DNA of 64,000 nt from an uncultured Verrucomicrobiae bacterium (GCA_963719495.1 CAVRCI010000004.1:64001-128000); one strand, 5' to 3'; positions 30,372 through 40,922 are shown, counted from the first letter of the stretch. Numbers and translations are program-made. The notes: a model not told the origin generated them from the letters alone.

Positions 30372-31754
30372 ATGATACTGGGGTTGGATATTGGGACTTC
30401 GTCGTGCCGGGCGGCGGTCTTTGGTGAGGATGGCTCGCGGATTGCGGGGACTTTGGAGCAGCGGAGTTATCGGCTGGAGACGGACTCGGAAGGGAAGGCG
30501 GTGCTCGATCCGCTCGAGCTGCTGGCGGCGGTGCGGCACTGCGCGGAGGACGCGCGGTCGAGGTCGGAGGGCGTGCGGGCCGTCGGGATGTCTTGTTTCT
30601 GGCACAGTCTGGTCGGCGTCGACGCGGGGGGGCGGCCGCTGACGCCGATCTACACCTGGGCGGATTCACGATGCCGGGACGATGCGGAACGGCTTCGGGC
30701 GGAGCTGGATGAGCGCGAGACGCACGCGGAGACCGGGTGCATGCTGCGGGCTTCGTTTTGGCCGGCGAAGTTGCGGTGGCTGCGGCGGACGGAGCCGGGG
30801 CTTTTTGCCAGCGTTGCGCGGTGGATCTCGCCTGCGGAGTGGTTGCAGTGGCAGTTGACGGGGTCGGTGACTTGCGCGGTGGGGATGGCGACGGGGACGG
30901 GGTTGTTCGATCCCGTCACGGGGTGCTGGAGCGCGCGGATGTTGGAGATCTGCGCGATCTCGGCGAACCAGCTGCTTCCCATTTCCGATGCGCCGAGCGA
31001 GTGGCGCGGCGGGAAGTTTTTTCCGGGAATCGGCGACGGGGCGGCGAGCAATCTCGGGTCCGGCGCGACGCGGCCGGGGCGGGCGGCGATCAATTTCGGG
31101 ACGAGCGGGGCGTTGCGGATGATGCGGGACGGCGTCGAGGCGCGGGCGCCCTTCGGGCTTTTCGCCTACCGGGTGGACGCTTCGCGCTATCTGGTCGGTG
31201 GCGCGGTGAGCAACGCGGGGAATCTCCACGCGTGGTGCGGGCGGGAGCTCCGCCTGCCGGGCGACGCGGAGGTCGAGGCGGCGATGCGAACGCGGCCGAC
31301 GCCGGAGCACGGTCTCACGATTTTGCCGTTTTGGAACGCCGAGCGGGCTCCCCGCTGGAACGAAGACGACGCGGGGACGATCGTCGGAATGCGACAGTCC
31401 ACGACGGCGCTCGACGTCACGCAGGCGATTCAGGAGGCGACGTTTCACCGCCTGGCCATGATCGCCGAGGCGATGGGTGAGCATCCGAAATGGATCGTCG
31501 CGGGCGGGATTCTCAAGTCGTCGGCGGCTCTGACCCGGCTGGCGAACGTGCTGGGCGAAGCGGTTTACGCAAACTTGGAGCCGGAGGCATCATTGCGGGG
31601 GGCGGCGGTTTTCGCGCTCGAGAATCTGGGCGTCGAACCACCCTCGCAGGAGGAGCCGGAACCGGTCTTGCCGGACCCGGCGATCCACGCCCGCTACGTC
31701 GAAGATCGTCTTCGTCACGAAAGGTTGGCGGCCTTGATGGGGGGATGGGAATGA
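30372..31754 (+). CDS. gntK: Gluconokinase (FGGY carbohydrate kinase)
   Basis: LDIGTSS, WHSLVGVD, TWADSR, GDGAASNLG, GTSGALR and ERAPRW. Confidence 0.85.
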   Translation: MILGLDIGTSSCRAAVFGEDGSRIAGTLEQRSYRLETDSEGKAVLDPLELLAAVRHCAEDARSRSEGVRAVGMSCFWHSLVGVDAGGRPLTPIYTWADSRCRDDAERLRAELDERETHAETGCMLRASFWPAKLRWLRRTEPGLFASVARWISPAEWLQWQLTGSVTCAVGMATGTGLFDPVTGCWSARMLEICAISANQLLPISDAPSEWRGGKFFPGIGDGAASNLGSGATRPGRAAINFGTSGALRMMRDGVEARAPFGLFAYRVDASRYLVGGAVSNAGNLHAWCGRELRLPGDAEVEAAMRTRPTPEHGLTILPFWNAERAPRWNEDDAGTIVGMRQSTTALDVTQAIQEATFHRLAMIAEAMGEHPKWIVAGGILKSSAALTRLANVLGEAVYANLEPEASLRGAAVFALENLGVEPPSQEEPEPVLPDPAIHARYVEDRLRHERLAALMGGWE

Positions 31755-32395
31755 ACCTGACGGTCAACGAAATCTACACGTCCGTGCAGGGTGAGAGCAC
31801 GTGGGCGGGGTTGCCATGCGTCTTCGTGCGGCTCACGTTCTGCGATCTGCGCTGCACCTACTGCGACACGGAATACGCGTTTTACAAGGGCGAGAAGCGG
31901 GACGTGGACGCCATCGTGGCGGAGGTGCTGGCGACGGATTGTCCGCTGGTGGAGATCACGGGCGGCGAGCCGTTGCTGCAAAAGAACGTCCTGCCGCTCA
32001 TGACAAAGATTTGTGACGCGGGGCGGACGGTGCTCATCGAGACGAGCGGGGCGCACGACATTTCGAAGATCGACGAGCGGGTGCATCGGATCGTGGATTT
32101 CAAAACGCCTTCGAGCGGCGAAGTGGCTCGGAATCTGGCCTCGAACGTCGGGCACCTCGCGAAGCGGGACGAGGTGAAGTTCGTGATCGGGTCGCGGGAG
32201 GATTACGAGTGGACGCGGGAGCGCATTCGCGAACACGGCTTGACCCAGCGGGTTCAAGCTGTGCTGCTGAGCCCGGTTTTCGGGAAGATTGATCCGCGGG
32301 ACATCGTGGCGTGGATGCTAGACGACAAGTTGGACGCGAGGTTTCAACTGCAGATGCACAAGTTCATCTGGGATCCGAAGAAACAGGGGGTGTAG
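31751..32395 (+). CDS. queE: 7-carboxy-7-deazaguanine synthase (radical SAM)
   Basis: EIYTSVQGE, CDLRCTYCDT, ITGGEPL and QLQMHKFIW. Confidence 0.93.
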   Translation: MNLTVNEIYTSVQGESTWAGLPCVFVRLTFCDLRCTYCDTEYAFYKGEKRDVDAIVAEVLATDCPLVEITGGEPLLQKNVLPLMTKICDAGRTVLIETSGAHDISKIDERVHRIVDFKTPSSGEVARNLASNVGHLAKRDEVKFVIGSREDYEWTRERIREHGLTQRVQAVLLSPVFGKIDPRDIVAWMLDDKLDARFQLQMHKFIWDPKKQGV

Positions 32396-32404
32396 GGGGC
32401 TGAG

Positions 32405-32439
32405 GATTTATGATTTATGATTTATGATTTATGATTTTG
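32405..32439 (+). repeat. Heptamer tandem repeat GATTTAT x4 + GATTTTG
   Basis: Directly visible between queE and queD. Confidence 0.92.
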
Positions 32440-32449
32440 GATGCGTTGC

Positions 32450-32809
32450 ATGAGAGCGACTTTGGTTAAGGATTTTCGGTTCGAGTCGGCCCAGACGCTG
32501 CCGAAGGCCGGGGCGGGACATAAGTGCGGGCAGATGCACGGGCACAGTTTTCTGGTGGAGATTTCGGTGGAGGGTGAGGTCGATCCGGAGACGGGCTGGA
32601 TCTACGACCACGCGAGGATCTCCAGGGCGATGAACCCGATCGTCGACCGGCTCGACCACGCTTATCTCAACGAGATCGAGGGGTTGGAAAATCCGACCAT
32701 CGAGCTGATGGCGGCTTGGCTCTGGGAGCGGCTGGCGCCGGACCTGCCGGGCTTGAGCGAAATCGTGATTCACGAGACGCCGACGGCGCGGGTGCGGTTT
32801 CGCGGCTAG
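32450..32809 (+). CDS. queD: 6-carboxy-5,6,7,8-tetrahydropterin synthase
   Basis: FRFESA, HKC..MHGHSF, LDHAYLN, ENPT and HETPT. Confidence 0.93.
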   Translation: MRATLVKDFRFESAQTLPKAGAGHKCGQMHGHSFLVEISVEGEVDPETGWIYDHARISRAMNPIVDRLDHAYLNEIEGLENPTIELMAAWLWERLAPDLPGLSEIVIHETPTARVRFRG

Positions 32810-33258
32810 TTCGCGCGGTCCCGGTCCGCGACGAAGCCCTTGAAGGCCGCGAGGGTTTCGGGGCTGACGTGATGCTCGATGCCTTCGGCGTCCGAGCGGG
32901 CGGTCGCGGGTGAGATGCCGAGCGCTTCGAGGAACGCGACGACGGATTCGTGCCGGGCCTTCGACTTGATCGCCAGGGTGCGGCCAGCCTCGGTGAGGAA
33001 GATCGAGCGGTAGGGTTGGGTGGTGACGAGGCCATCCCGCTGGAGGCGTTGGACCGTGCGGATGACCGTCACGTGGGTGACGCCGAGCGCACGGGCGAGG
33101 TCGGTGGCGCGGGCCTCGCCGCGGTCGTCGATGAGGCCGGCGATGGCTTCTACGTAATCCTGAGCACGCTCCTGCGCGTGTTGCTGGCGCGTGCGGGCCT
33201 GGATGGCTGCCATTTCGGCCGGGGTGGGGTGATTTGGGGGGTTGGGATTGGCGGGCAT
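32806..33258 (-). CDS. mntR: Manganese-binding transcriptional regulator MntR (DtxR family)
   Basis: DYVEAI, GEARATDLAR.LGVTHVTV, PYRSIFLT and DAEGIEHHVS. Divergent from the Mn ABC operon. Confidence 0.93.
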   Translation of the reverse strand: MPANPNPPNHPTPAEMAAIQARTRQQHAQERAQDYVEAIAGLIDDRGEARATDLARALGVTHVTVIRTVQRLQRDGLVTTQPYRSIFLTEAGRTLAIKSKARHESVVAFLEALGISPATARSDAEGIEHHVSPETLAAFKGFVADRDRAN

Positions 33259-33353
33259 GGGGTGGGCTAGGAGATTTTCGCTTCGCTGCCAATGACACGG
33301 GTTGTTTTGAACAGAGCGCTGGCGACTGGGAGCACCGGAGCCTGGGAAGGCTC

Positions 33354-33470
33354 GGGGCAGACGCCATCGGCTCTGCGATGGTGCCCGAAGGGCGAGACGC
33401 TTGGGAAAGCGCGAGTCCACCCGCGGGGCAGACTGCATCGGCCCTGCGATGCAGCCCGAAGGGCGGGACG
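33354..33470 (+). repeat. Imperfect 46-bp direct repeat x2 (period 71) with an internal hairpin
   Basis: GGGGCAGACGCCATCGGCTCTGCGATGGTGCCCGAAGGGCGAGACG versus GGGGCAGACTGCATCGGCCCTGCGATGCAGCCCGAAGGGCGGGACG. Confidence 0.8.
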
Positions 33471-33716
33471 AGCGGGAGCGAGCGAGTCAACGGAACGAAG
33501 AGAACGATGGGGAAGACGGATACCAATGCGGCTTTGAACAGAAGGCCGCAAAGGTCGCAAAGATTTGGAAGAATGGGCTTCGCTGCCGTTGATCGAGTCA
33601 TCCCCGGCTTCTTGACGCGCTCGCGCGTTCGTGGTCCTCAGCATGATAGAAAAGTGGGGCGGGATATTTGGTCGGGATTGGCTCGTGCGGGTGGATTCCG
33701 TGTCGGGTGGATTCCG

Positions 33717-33745
33717 TTGACAGATTTTCGAACCGTAAGTATCTT
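33717..33745 (+). promoter_or_regulatory. Sigma70 promoter of the Mn/Fe ABC operon
   Basis: TTGACA-17 nt-TATCTT. Confidence 0.8.
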
Positions 33746-33750
33746 CTGCT

Positions 33751-33778
33751 TCGAAATGTAGGCAAGGCTACAATTCGA
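33751..33778. promoter_or_regulatory. Putative MntR operator
   Basis: Palindrome TCGAA-A-TGTAG-GCAAGG-CTACA-A-TTCGA just downstream of the -10 box. Resembles the TAGC-N4-GCTA core of enterobacterial MntR boxes. Confidence 0.75.
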
Positions 33779-33789
33779 CCGGTATCACT

Positions 33790-34713
33790 ATGAAGATCAA
33801 ACGAGACAACAGCTTCCGTCACCTCACGATACTTGGCGTTTTTGCCGCTGGGCTGGTGATGCTCGTGGGATGCGTCGACGAGAAGAAGGACGGGACGAAG
33901 CGGATTCTGACTTCGTTCACGATCATTCAGGACATGGCGCAGAACGTGGCGGGGGATAAAGCGATCGTGGAATCGATCACGAAGCCGGGCGCGGAGATTC
34001 ATGAATACGAGCCGACGCCGCTCGACATCGTCAAGGCGCAGTCGGCGGATTTGGTGCTGTGGAACGGTATGGGGTTGGAACGGTGGTTCGAGAAATTTTT
34101 CAAGAACGTGAAGGGTGTGCCGGTGGCTCTGCTGAGCGAAGGGATCGATCCGATCGGCATTTCCGAGGGTCCCTACAACGGGAAACCGAATCCGCACAGT
34201 TGGATGTCGCCGGCCAATGCCGCGATCTACGTCGAGAACATCCGGAAGGCTCTCGTGGAGCTCGATCCGGCGAACGCCGAGACCTACAACGCCAACGCGG
34301 CGGCTTACACGAAAGAGCTGCGGGCGATCGATGAGCCGGTGCGCGAGAAGTTGGCGGAAATTCCGGAGGCACAGCGGACGCTCGTGTCGTGCGAGGGGGC
34401 GTTTTCCTACCTTCTGCGGAACTACGACATGCGTGAACTTTTCCTTTGGCCGGTGAACGCCGACGAAGAAGGGACGCCGCAGCAGGTGCGGCACGTGGTC
34501 GACACGGTCCGGGAGCGCGGGATTCCGGTCGTGTTCAGCGAGAGCACGATCAGCCCGAAGGCGATGCTGCAGGTGGCGAAAGAGACCGGAGCGCGTTACG
34601 GCGGGGTGCTTTACGTGGATTCACTCACGACCGAGGACGGCCCGGCACCGACCTACCTCGACTTGCTCCGTTACAATGCGGATCAGATCGTGAAAGGCTT
34701 CGAAGGCAAGTGA
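33790..34713 (+). CDS. sitA: Mn/Fe ABC transporter substrate-binding lipoprotein
   Basis: Lipobox [31 protein letters not shown] and LYVDSL. Confidence 0.93.
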   Translation: MKIKRDNSFRHLTILGVFAAGLVMLVGCVDEKKDGTKRILTSFTIIQDMAQNVAGDKAIVESITKPGAEIHEYEPTPLDIVKAQSADLVLWNGMGLERWFEKFFKNVKGVPVALLSEGIDPIGISEGPYNGKPNPHSWMSPANAAIYVENIRKALVELDPANAETYNANAAAYTKELRAIDEPVREKLAEIPEAQRTLVSCEGAFSYLLRNYDMRELFLWPVNADEEGTPQQVRHVVDTVRERGIPVVFSESTISPKAMLQVAKETGARYGGVLYVDSLTTEDGPAPTYLDLLRYNADQIVKGFEGK

Positions 34714-34730
34714 GTCGAGCCGACGACGAC

Positions 34731-35624
34731 ATGGAAAATGCGCCGACCGAACCAACGTCGCTCGACGTGAACGTCAGTGACGTCACGGTCACCTACAACA
34801 ACGGCCACACGGCACTGCACGACGCTTCCTTCCATTTGAAGCACGGTTCGATCTGCGCACTCGTTGGCGTGAATGGCAGCGGCAAGTCGACGCTTTTCAA
34901 GGCGATCATGGGATTCGTGCGACCTTCGAAGGGGATGGTCACCATCGGCGGGCGGCCCGTGAAGGAGGCTCAGAAGAAAAATTGGGTCGCCTACGTGCCG
35001 CAGTCCGAGGAGGTCGACTGGACCTTCCCCGTGAGCGTGGCGGATGTCGTGATGATGGGGCGGTATGGGTTCATGAACTTCCTGCGAACGCCGCGGGCCG
35101 AGGACAAGCGGCTTGTTCAAGAGAGCCTCGAGCGGGTGAAGATGTGGGATTATCGGGATCGCCAGATTGGTGAATTATCGGGCGGGCAGAAGAAGCGCGT
35201 GTTCCTGGCTCGGGCCTTGGCTCAGGGCGGGCGGGTCATTCTGCTCGACGAGCCTTTCACCGGCGTGGACGTGAAGACGGAGGCGGCCATCGTGGAATTG
35301 CTCCGCGAGCTGCGCGACGCGGGGCACATCATGCTGGTGTCGACGCACAACCTCGGGTCGGTTCCGGAGTTTTGCGATCAAGTCGTGCTGCTCAATCGGA
35401 CGGTATTGGCCTTCGGGCCGACGGAGGAGGTTTTCACCAAGGAAAACCTGGCTCTTGCGTTCGGCGGTGTGCTTCGGCACTTCCAGTTCGATCAGTCCAC
35501 GGTCGATGACACCGACGGGCGGCAGGTGATTCTGCTCACCGACGACGAGCGCCCGGTCGTGCTGGGCCGCGGTGGCCACCTCGAGCGGCGGATCGAAGAG
35601 GAGAAAAAGAAGGCCGGGGCGTGA
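34731..35624 (+). CDS. sitB: Mn/Fe ABC transporter ATP-binding protein
   Basis: [27 protein letters not shown] and LTDDERP. Alternative GTG start at 34710. Confidence 0.93.
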   Translation: MENAPTEPTSLDVNVSDVTVTYNNGHTALHDASFHLKHGSICALVGVNGSGKSTLFKAIMGFVRPSKGMVTIGGRPVKEAQKKNWVAYVPQSEEVDWTFPVSVADVVMMGRYGFMNFLRTPRAEDKRLVQESLERVKMWDYRDRQIGELSGGQKKRVFLARALAQGGRVILLDEPFTGVDVKTEAAIVELLRELRDAGHIMLVSTHNLGSVPEFCDQVVLLNRTVLAFGPTEEVFTKENLALAFGGVLRHFQFDQSTVDDTDGRQVILLTDDERPVVLGRGGHLERRIEEEKKKAGA

Positions 35625-36502
35625 TCGAGCAACTCTCCATTCCGTTTCAATACGAATACATGCTGAAGGCGATCTTCGTGAGCGCCCTCATTGGCGGGGT
35701 CTGCGCGTTGTTGTCGTGCTTTGTGACGCTGAAGGGTTGGTCGCTCATGGGCGACGCGCTGGCCCATTCGATCGTGCCCGGTGTGGCGATCGCGGCGATC
35801 GTCGGATTGCCGTTCGCGGCGGGGGCGTTCGTTGCCGGGATGTTGGCGGCGGCGGGGATGGGGTTCGTGAAAGCGAAGACGCCGATCCGGGAGGACGCGA
35901 CGATTGGGATCGTCTTCACGGCCTTCTTCGCGCTGGGGTTGCTGCTCATTTCGATCTATCCGACGGGGTTCAATCTCCGGACGATCGTGTTTGGCAACAT
36001 GCTCGGGATGGCTGATTTCGACATCCTGCAGGCGCTGATCATCTGCGGATTTGCGGTGGTGGTTCTCTTCGCGAAGTGGCGGGACTTGCTGCTCTTCTGC
36101 TTCGATCCGAATCAGGCGCGGTCGATCGGACTGAACACGACGGTGCTGCATTTCACGCTGCTGACCTTGCTTTCGGCCGTGGCGGTGGCGGCCCTGCAAG
36201 CGGTCGGGGCGTGTTTGGTGGTCGCCATGCTCGTGACGCCCGGGGCGACGGCTTATTTGCTGACCGACCGGTTCGGCAGGATGATGGGGATCGCCGGGGC
36301 GATGGGCGTGGTGAGTTCCGCGGTCGGGGCCTACGGGAGTTACTTTCTCGATGGGTCGGTGGGGGGATGCATCGTCGTTCTCCAAACGTCGTTGTTCCTG
36401 CTCGCGCTCGCGTTCGCGCCGAAACACGGGATGTTGGCGGCGCGGCGGGCCACGCGGCGGGCGATCGATCCTTCGGATGATGGCCGGGAGGTGACCGCGT
36501 GA
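35621..36502 (+). CDS. sitC: Mn/Fe ABC transporter permease
   Basis: [18 protein letters not shown] and PKHG. Confidence 0.92.
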   Translation: MIEQLSIPFQYEYMLKAIFVSALIGGVCALLSCFVTLKGWSLMGDALAHSIVPGVAIAAIVGLPFAAGAFVAGMLAAAGMGFVKAKTPIREDATIGIVFTAFFALGLLLISIYPTGFNLRTIVFGNMLGMADFDILQALIICGFAVVVLFAKWRDLLLFCFDPNQARSIGLNTTVLHFTLLTLLSAVAVAALQAVGACLVVAMLVTPGATAYLLTDRFGRMMGIAGAMGVVSSAVGAYGSYFLDGSVGGCIVVLQTSLFLLALAFAPKHGMLAARRATRRAIDPSDDGREVTA

Positions 36503-37422
36503 ACGCGGCGATCGAGCTTTTCTTGCAGGATCCGGTGGCGCCGTTTCGCTATCGGTTCATGCTGGAAGCTTTGGGTGTCGGCGCGCTGGTGGGCGTCGTC
36601 TGCGCGCTGCTTTCGTGCTATTTGGTCCTGAAAGGCTGGTCGCTGATGGGGGACGCGATTTCGCACGCGATGCTGCCGGGGATCGTGCTGGCCTACATCA
36701 TCGGAATCCCGCTTTCGATCGGGGCGTTTGCGGCGGGGCTGTTCTGCGCGACGGCGACGGGGTTCATCAAATCCCACAGCCGGGTGAAGGAGGATACGGT
36801 GATGGGGATCGTGTTCACGGGACTGTTTGGGCTGGGGTTGGTTCTATTCTCGAAGGTCGAGACCGACATCCATCTCAATCACATCCTCTTCGGCAGCCTG
36901 CTCGGGATCCCGCAGGCGCTCATCATTCAAACGGCCATCGTAGGTGGGTTGACGCTCACCGCGGTGCTGATTCTCCGGAAGGATCTGCTCCTCTTCTGCT
37001 TCGACGCGAACCACGCGCGCTCGGTCGGGCTCAATACGACGCGGCTTTATTACACGCTGCTCTCGCTGGTCGCGCTGGCGATCGTGGTTTCGCTCCAGGC
37101 GGTCGGGATTATTCTCGTGATCGCGATGCTGATCACGCCGGGGTGCATTGGGCTGCTGTTGAGTCAGCGATTTTCGCGTGTGCTGTGGATTGCCGCGGGA
37201 TCCGCCGTGATCTCGAGCTTGGTGGGGGTTTACGTGAGTTTTTTCATCAACGGGGCGACGGGTGCCTGCATCGTGCTCGCTCTGGTGGCCCAATTTCTAC
37301 TCGCGATGTTCTTTGCTCCGAAGAACGGCTTGTTGGCGCGGCGGTTCGTGCGGCGGCGGGTGGACGCGGCGCTCCCGGTCCGCGATGGATCGGAGACCGA
37401 CAAGGCGCTGGCGGTGGGGTGA
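36499..37422 (+). CDS. sitD: Mn/Fe ABC transporter permease
   Basis: [18 protein letters not shown] and HLNHILFG. Confidence 0.92.
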   Translation: MNAAIELFLQDPVAPFRYRFMLEALGVGALVGVVCALLSCYLVLKGWSLMGDAISHAMLPGIVLAYIIGIPLSIGAFAAGLFCATATGFIKSHSRVKEDTVMGIVFTGLFGLGLVLFSKVETDIHLNHILFGSLLGIPQALIIQTAIVGGLTLTAVLILRKDLLLFCFDANHARSVGLNTTRLYYTLLSLVALAIVVSLQAVGIILVIAMLITPGCIGLLLSQRFSRVLWIAAGSAVISSLVGVYVSFFINGATGACIVLALVAQFLLAMFFAPKNGLLARRFVRRRVDAALPVRDGSETDKALAVG

Positions 37423-37449
37423 TCGGGCGAGGCCGGGGTGTTTTGTGGT

Positions 37450-37539
37450 GTAGCGGCGGTCTGTGACCGCCGGGCGCTTCTGTAAGACGGTCGGCTCCAT
37501 CTGTCGCGAAATCAGCGACGGTCATAGACTCGCCGCTAC
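37450..37539. repeat. GTAG-type REP doublet (REPIN-like)
   Basis: GTAG-CGGCGGTCTGTGACCGCCG with an inverted partner CGACGGTCATAGACTCGCCG-CTAC, between convergent genes. Confidence 0.75.
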
Positions 37540-37622
37540 ATCGCTTCGCGGGTCCACTCGTCGGCGGGAGATGGTATTCGTCGCGAACTGTCGCTCCCGC
37601 GGATCATAGGTCGGAAGCTCGT

Positions 37623-38186
37623 TCAATGTGCTCCCTGGAGGACGATTTCCGTGAGGGCGGCGGGGTTGCCCGACCGGGCCGGGTAGATCGATCGAATTTC
37701 GAGCGTGAGGGTGTCGCCAACGTCGAGGTAGATGTCGTCGAATTCGATCCGCTGCCAACGAGGGGTGTCGGCGAGCCGCATCACGAGGGCGGGTCGTCCG
37801 TTGTGCGAGAGCAGCAGGTCTTTCACCCGACCGTAGTCTTTGAATTCGGCGAGGGGGTGAATCCGCCCGTTCACGACATCGATTCCGTAGAACGGCGTGC
37901 CGTCCAGTTCGCGCGGGAGGTCGGCGGGAAATCGGAACGTCAGCTTGTCGCCGACTCGGGCTGTCGTCCAGGCCGTGTCGGCCTGACCGTCGTTGATGGG
38001 GGGAATCGGGTCCGGGGTGGTCCCGGCGCTCGCGCTCCATGGGAACGAGCAGGTGAGTGAGCAGCCACCCATGAGTTGCTGGATGACCGGGTTGCCGACC
38101 TCTGCCCGGTGGAGCGGGATATCGCCGGCGTAGGCGGAAGCGAGGAGCGCCAGCATGGTGAGGGTGGCCGCAATCTTCCCGGTCAT
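37623..38186 (-). CDS. Secreted protein with a discoidin-like (NADase-type glycan-binding-like) domain
   Basis: Signal peptide, NDG..DTAW, I.VVNG and RVK.L...LAD...WQ. Confidence 0.7.
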   Translation of the reverse strand: MTGKIAATLTMLALLASAYAGDIPLHRAEVGNPVIQQLMGGCSLTCSFPWSASAGTTPDPIPPINDGQADTAWTTARVGDKLTFRFPADLPRELDGTPFYGIDVVNGRIHPLAEFKDYGRVKDLLLSHNGRPALVMRLADTPRWQRIEFDDIYLDVGDTLTLEIRSIYPARSGNPAALTEIVLQGAH

Positions 38187-38336
38187 GGCTCGAACCTAGC
38201 GCGATTCCCCGGTCAGAAAAACCCGGATTTCCCGAAGGCGAAAGCGATTCGTCGAATCGGGGCGGGTGGGGAGCTTCGATCCCTTGGGATGGATTGTCAC
38301 GTTGCGGCAACGCACCACGCTGGAGAGTGGCGGATT

Positions 38337-40922
38337 TTAGCGGACGAAAGTGGCTCGGACTCTTTTGGAGATTAGGAGGTAGGGGATCCAGATTGCGGCG
38401 CTGATGATGGACGCGACGATTTCCGCGACACCGGAAGAATCGATTTTGACTTCGTCGGACACGATCGCCAAGCAGACCGCAACGACTACGGCGTACGAGA
38501 TCGAGGCGGTCGTAAGCGCGATTGTCGTCGCTGGAAACAAGCGGTAGCGGCCGATGAAGAGCGGGATGAGCGCGACGTGGAAAACGAGCAGCGCCAGGAA
38601 GACCAGCGGGGAAGCTGCGTAAAGACCTCCGAAGATCCAAGTGTAGACAATATTCTCACCTTCGACGAGGGCGTCCCACGCGTGTTGATTGAGGCTGGGG
38701 AGGACGTCCGTGGCAACGATCGGGATCAGGCTGAGGGGTGTCACGATCACACCGAATCCGAGGAGGTAGAGCCAACCGCCGATGGCTTGGTAGCGGGGGG
38801 TGGGCGGCGAGGTCGGGAGCGGTGGCGGAACGGAAGTGCGACGGAAGAGGCGTCGGGCCGCAACGGACGAGCCGATGACCGTGGCGAGCATGGCGGCGAG
38901 CATCCAGAGGTTGAGCTTCCAAGGCGGTGAGTCGCCGAGGCGTTGATCCGAGGACGCGGCGTACCAGACCGCATCCCAGGATTTGCGGGCGGCGGTCTGG
39001 TATTTCTCAATATCGTCGGTGGGGATGGACCGGACGAGCGCTTGGTAATGGCCGTCGATGGTGACGGTGGGGCCGCGCGAATGGGTGGTGTAGGTGAAGT
39101 CGAACCAGGGGTTTCGCTCGCGGAAGTTCTGGGCGTCATCGGGCCAGGCTTCGGGGAGATTGATGGTGGTTCGGATCTGGTAGTCGCGGGGCCACGGGAG
39201 GTCGAAGGGCCATTTGCGCCGGGTTTTGGCGGGCCAGGTGAGTTGTGATTCGAGGTCGGGTTGGTGGAATTCCGCGTTCTGGATGAGCGGGTTCTCAGCG
39301 TCCTCTTTCCAGAATGCGGTGATCTCGTAGGTTTCGCGGATGACGAATGTGTTGGTGACGGGATCGTCTTCGAAGGTGAGCGGGACTTTGGTTTCGATAC
39401 CGGGGTAGTCCTTGGCGTAGTAATCGAGATACTGTTTTTGGAGCGCGCGGGCACCGGAGTCCGCCATCCAGCGGCGGGATTTTTCGGCCTGATAGCCGGT
39501 GGTTGTGGTGACGAGCGTGAGTGTCGCGGGGGTTGGGTTGGTGTCTGCGGGAACGGTGAAGGTCTGCTGGACCTGGGTTTTACCGAGGGACTCGGGGCGG
39601 GGTTGGATCTCGCGGAGGGTGGACTCGCCGACCGCGACGCGGAGACCGAAGCCGTAGGGTGGGATGAAGAGCTGATTAAGCGGGCCGCGTTGCTGGGTGC
39701 GGGTGGGATCGAGGATGAGGTTGCCGGTGGGGAGTTCGACTTCGGCGATGACGTGGTTGAAGGCGTAGGGCGAGGGAATGAAGTCGGCGACGGACTTTTC
39801 CCAATCGGTGTTCACGAGGACAGGGTGAACGTTGATCCCGATCCGATCGAGGATGGTGCCGAAGAGGGTGAGCTTCTCTTTGCAGTCGCCGAAGCGCTTG
39901 GTGAAGACCTCGGTGGGGCTGCGGGGCTGGTGGGAATTGATGCCGGTCTCTTCGCCGAGGTAGCGAATCTGGTCCTGGACGAAGCGAAGGGCGGCGGCGG
40001 TCTGGGCGGTGGGGTTGGGTTCCTGGGCGATGCGGGCGATTTCGGCTTCGAGTGCGGGCGGGATGGGTTGCTGGAAGTTGAAGAGGGGGATGGCCCAGTT
40101 GACGACCTCGCTCCAGGTGGCCATGTCGCTGATTTCGATCCACGGGTAGACGTTGACCCAGCGGGGAACGTCGTCTTCGCGTTGAACGATGGGTGGGTCG
40201 TCCACGCGCCATTCGAGGAGATTGCCGGTGCGGGTGGGTTCGAGGTCGGTGCCGTGCCGGCGGATGTGCAGGGGTTTGTCGGGGGTGGTTTCGACGCGGG
40301 AGCGGATGGTTTGGACGGGTTCGTCGAGCGCGACGGTGAGGGAGTCGTAGAAGTGCCCTTTCATCACGGGATTCTCGCCGCGGCGGGTGAAGGAGTAGCG
40401 GAAGATGTCGCCGGGGCGGATGTCGGTCAGGCGGATAACGACGGTGTAGGTGCCGTCGATGACGAAATCTTCGAGGTCGGTCTCGCGCCGCATGCTGCTG
40501 ACGATGTCGGGCGTGAGGCGGGGTCGCCACGTGCCGTCGCGGAGGACGTCGACTTTGTGAAGCTCGAGGGTCTCGTATTCCGGGTCGATGACGATGCGGA
40601 TCTCGGAGCCGTTCTGGACGCCGGTTTCGCTGACGATCTGACGGGCGAAGTGGCCGTAGGATTCTTCGGTGGCGACGCGGTGGAATTCGTCGCGGAGGTA
40701 GTAATAGACGCCGTTGGTGAGGTCGGCGGTGGGGGTGGTGGTCGGTGGGGTGACGGGGAGCGGGGTGGCCCAGGTGGGTTCGGGGGTGATGGTGTAAAGG
40801 TTGGGCTGGGTCTGGGGTTGGGCGGATGCGAGGTGGGTGAGGGTTACGGTGAGCGCCAGCGCTAGGGCGAGGGTGGTGAGAAACGGAATGGAGATGCGGA
40901 GGTGGTGCGGGCGGGCTGGCAT
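38337..40922 (-). CDS. DUF3857 and transglutaminase-like protein with a C-terminal DUF2569-like membrane domain
   Basis: FGDCKEK, FNHVI and LDPT triad. C-terminal IGGWLYL...WIPYLLISKRVRATFVR. Confidence 0.85.
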   Translation of the reverse strand: MPARPHHLRISIPFLTTLALALALTVTLTHLASAQPQTQPNLYTITPEPTWATPLPVTPPTTTPTADLTNGVYYYLRDEFHRVATEESYGHFARQIVSETGVQNGSEIRIVIDPEYETLELHKVDVLRDGTWRPRLTPDIVSSMRRETDLEDFVIDGTYTVVIRLTDIRPGDIFRYSFTRRGENPVMKGHFYDSLTVALDEPVQTIRSRVETTPDKPLHIRRHGTDLEPTRTGNLLEWRVDDPPIVQREDDVPRWVNVYPWIEISDMATWSEVVNWAIPLFNFQQPIPPALEAEIARIAQEPNPTAQTAAALRFVQDQIRYLGEETGINSHQPRSPTEVFTKRFGDCKEKLTLFGTILDRIGINVHPVLVNTDWEKSVADFIPSPYAFNHVIAEVELPTGNLILDPTRTQQRGPLNQLFIPPYGFGLRVAVGESTLREIQPRPESLGKTQVQQTFTVPADTNPTPATLTLVTTTTGYQAEKSRRWMADSGARALQKQYLDYYAKDYPGIETKVPLTFEDDPVTNTFVIRETYEITAFWKEDAENPLIQNAEFHQPDLESQLTWPAKTRRKWPFDLPWPRDYQIRTTINLPEAWPDDAQNFRERNPWFDFTYTTHSRGPTVTIDGHYQALVRSIPTDDIEKYQTAARKSWDAVWYAASSDQRLGDSPPWKLNLWMLAAMLATVIGSSVAARRLFRRTSVPPPLPTSPPTPRYQAIGGWLYLLGFGVIVTPLSLIPIVATDVLPSLNQHAWDALVEGENIVYTWIFGGLYAASPLVFLALLVFHVALIPLFIGRYRLFPATTIALTTASISYAVVVAVCLAIVSDEVKIDSSGVAEIVASIISAAIWIPYLLISKRVRATFVR

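Noticed and set aside
27603..32809. folE2 + queE + queD as a 7-deazaguanine DNA-modification (dpd) island
   Set aside because: No dpdA/tgt-like or other dpd genes. This fits ordinary queuosine and folate precursor synthesis.
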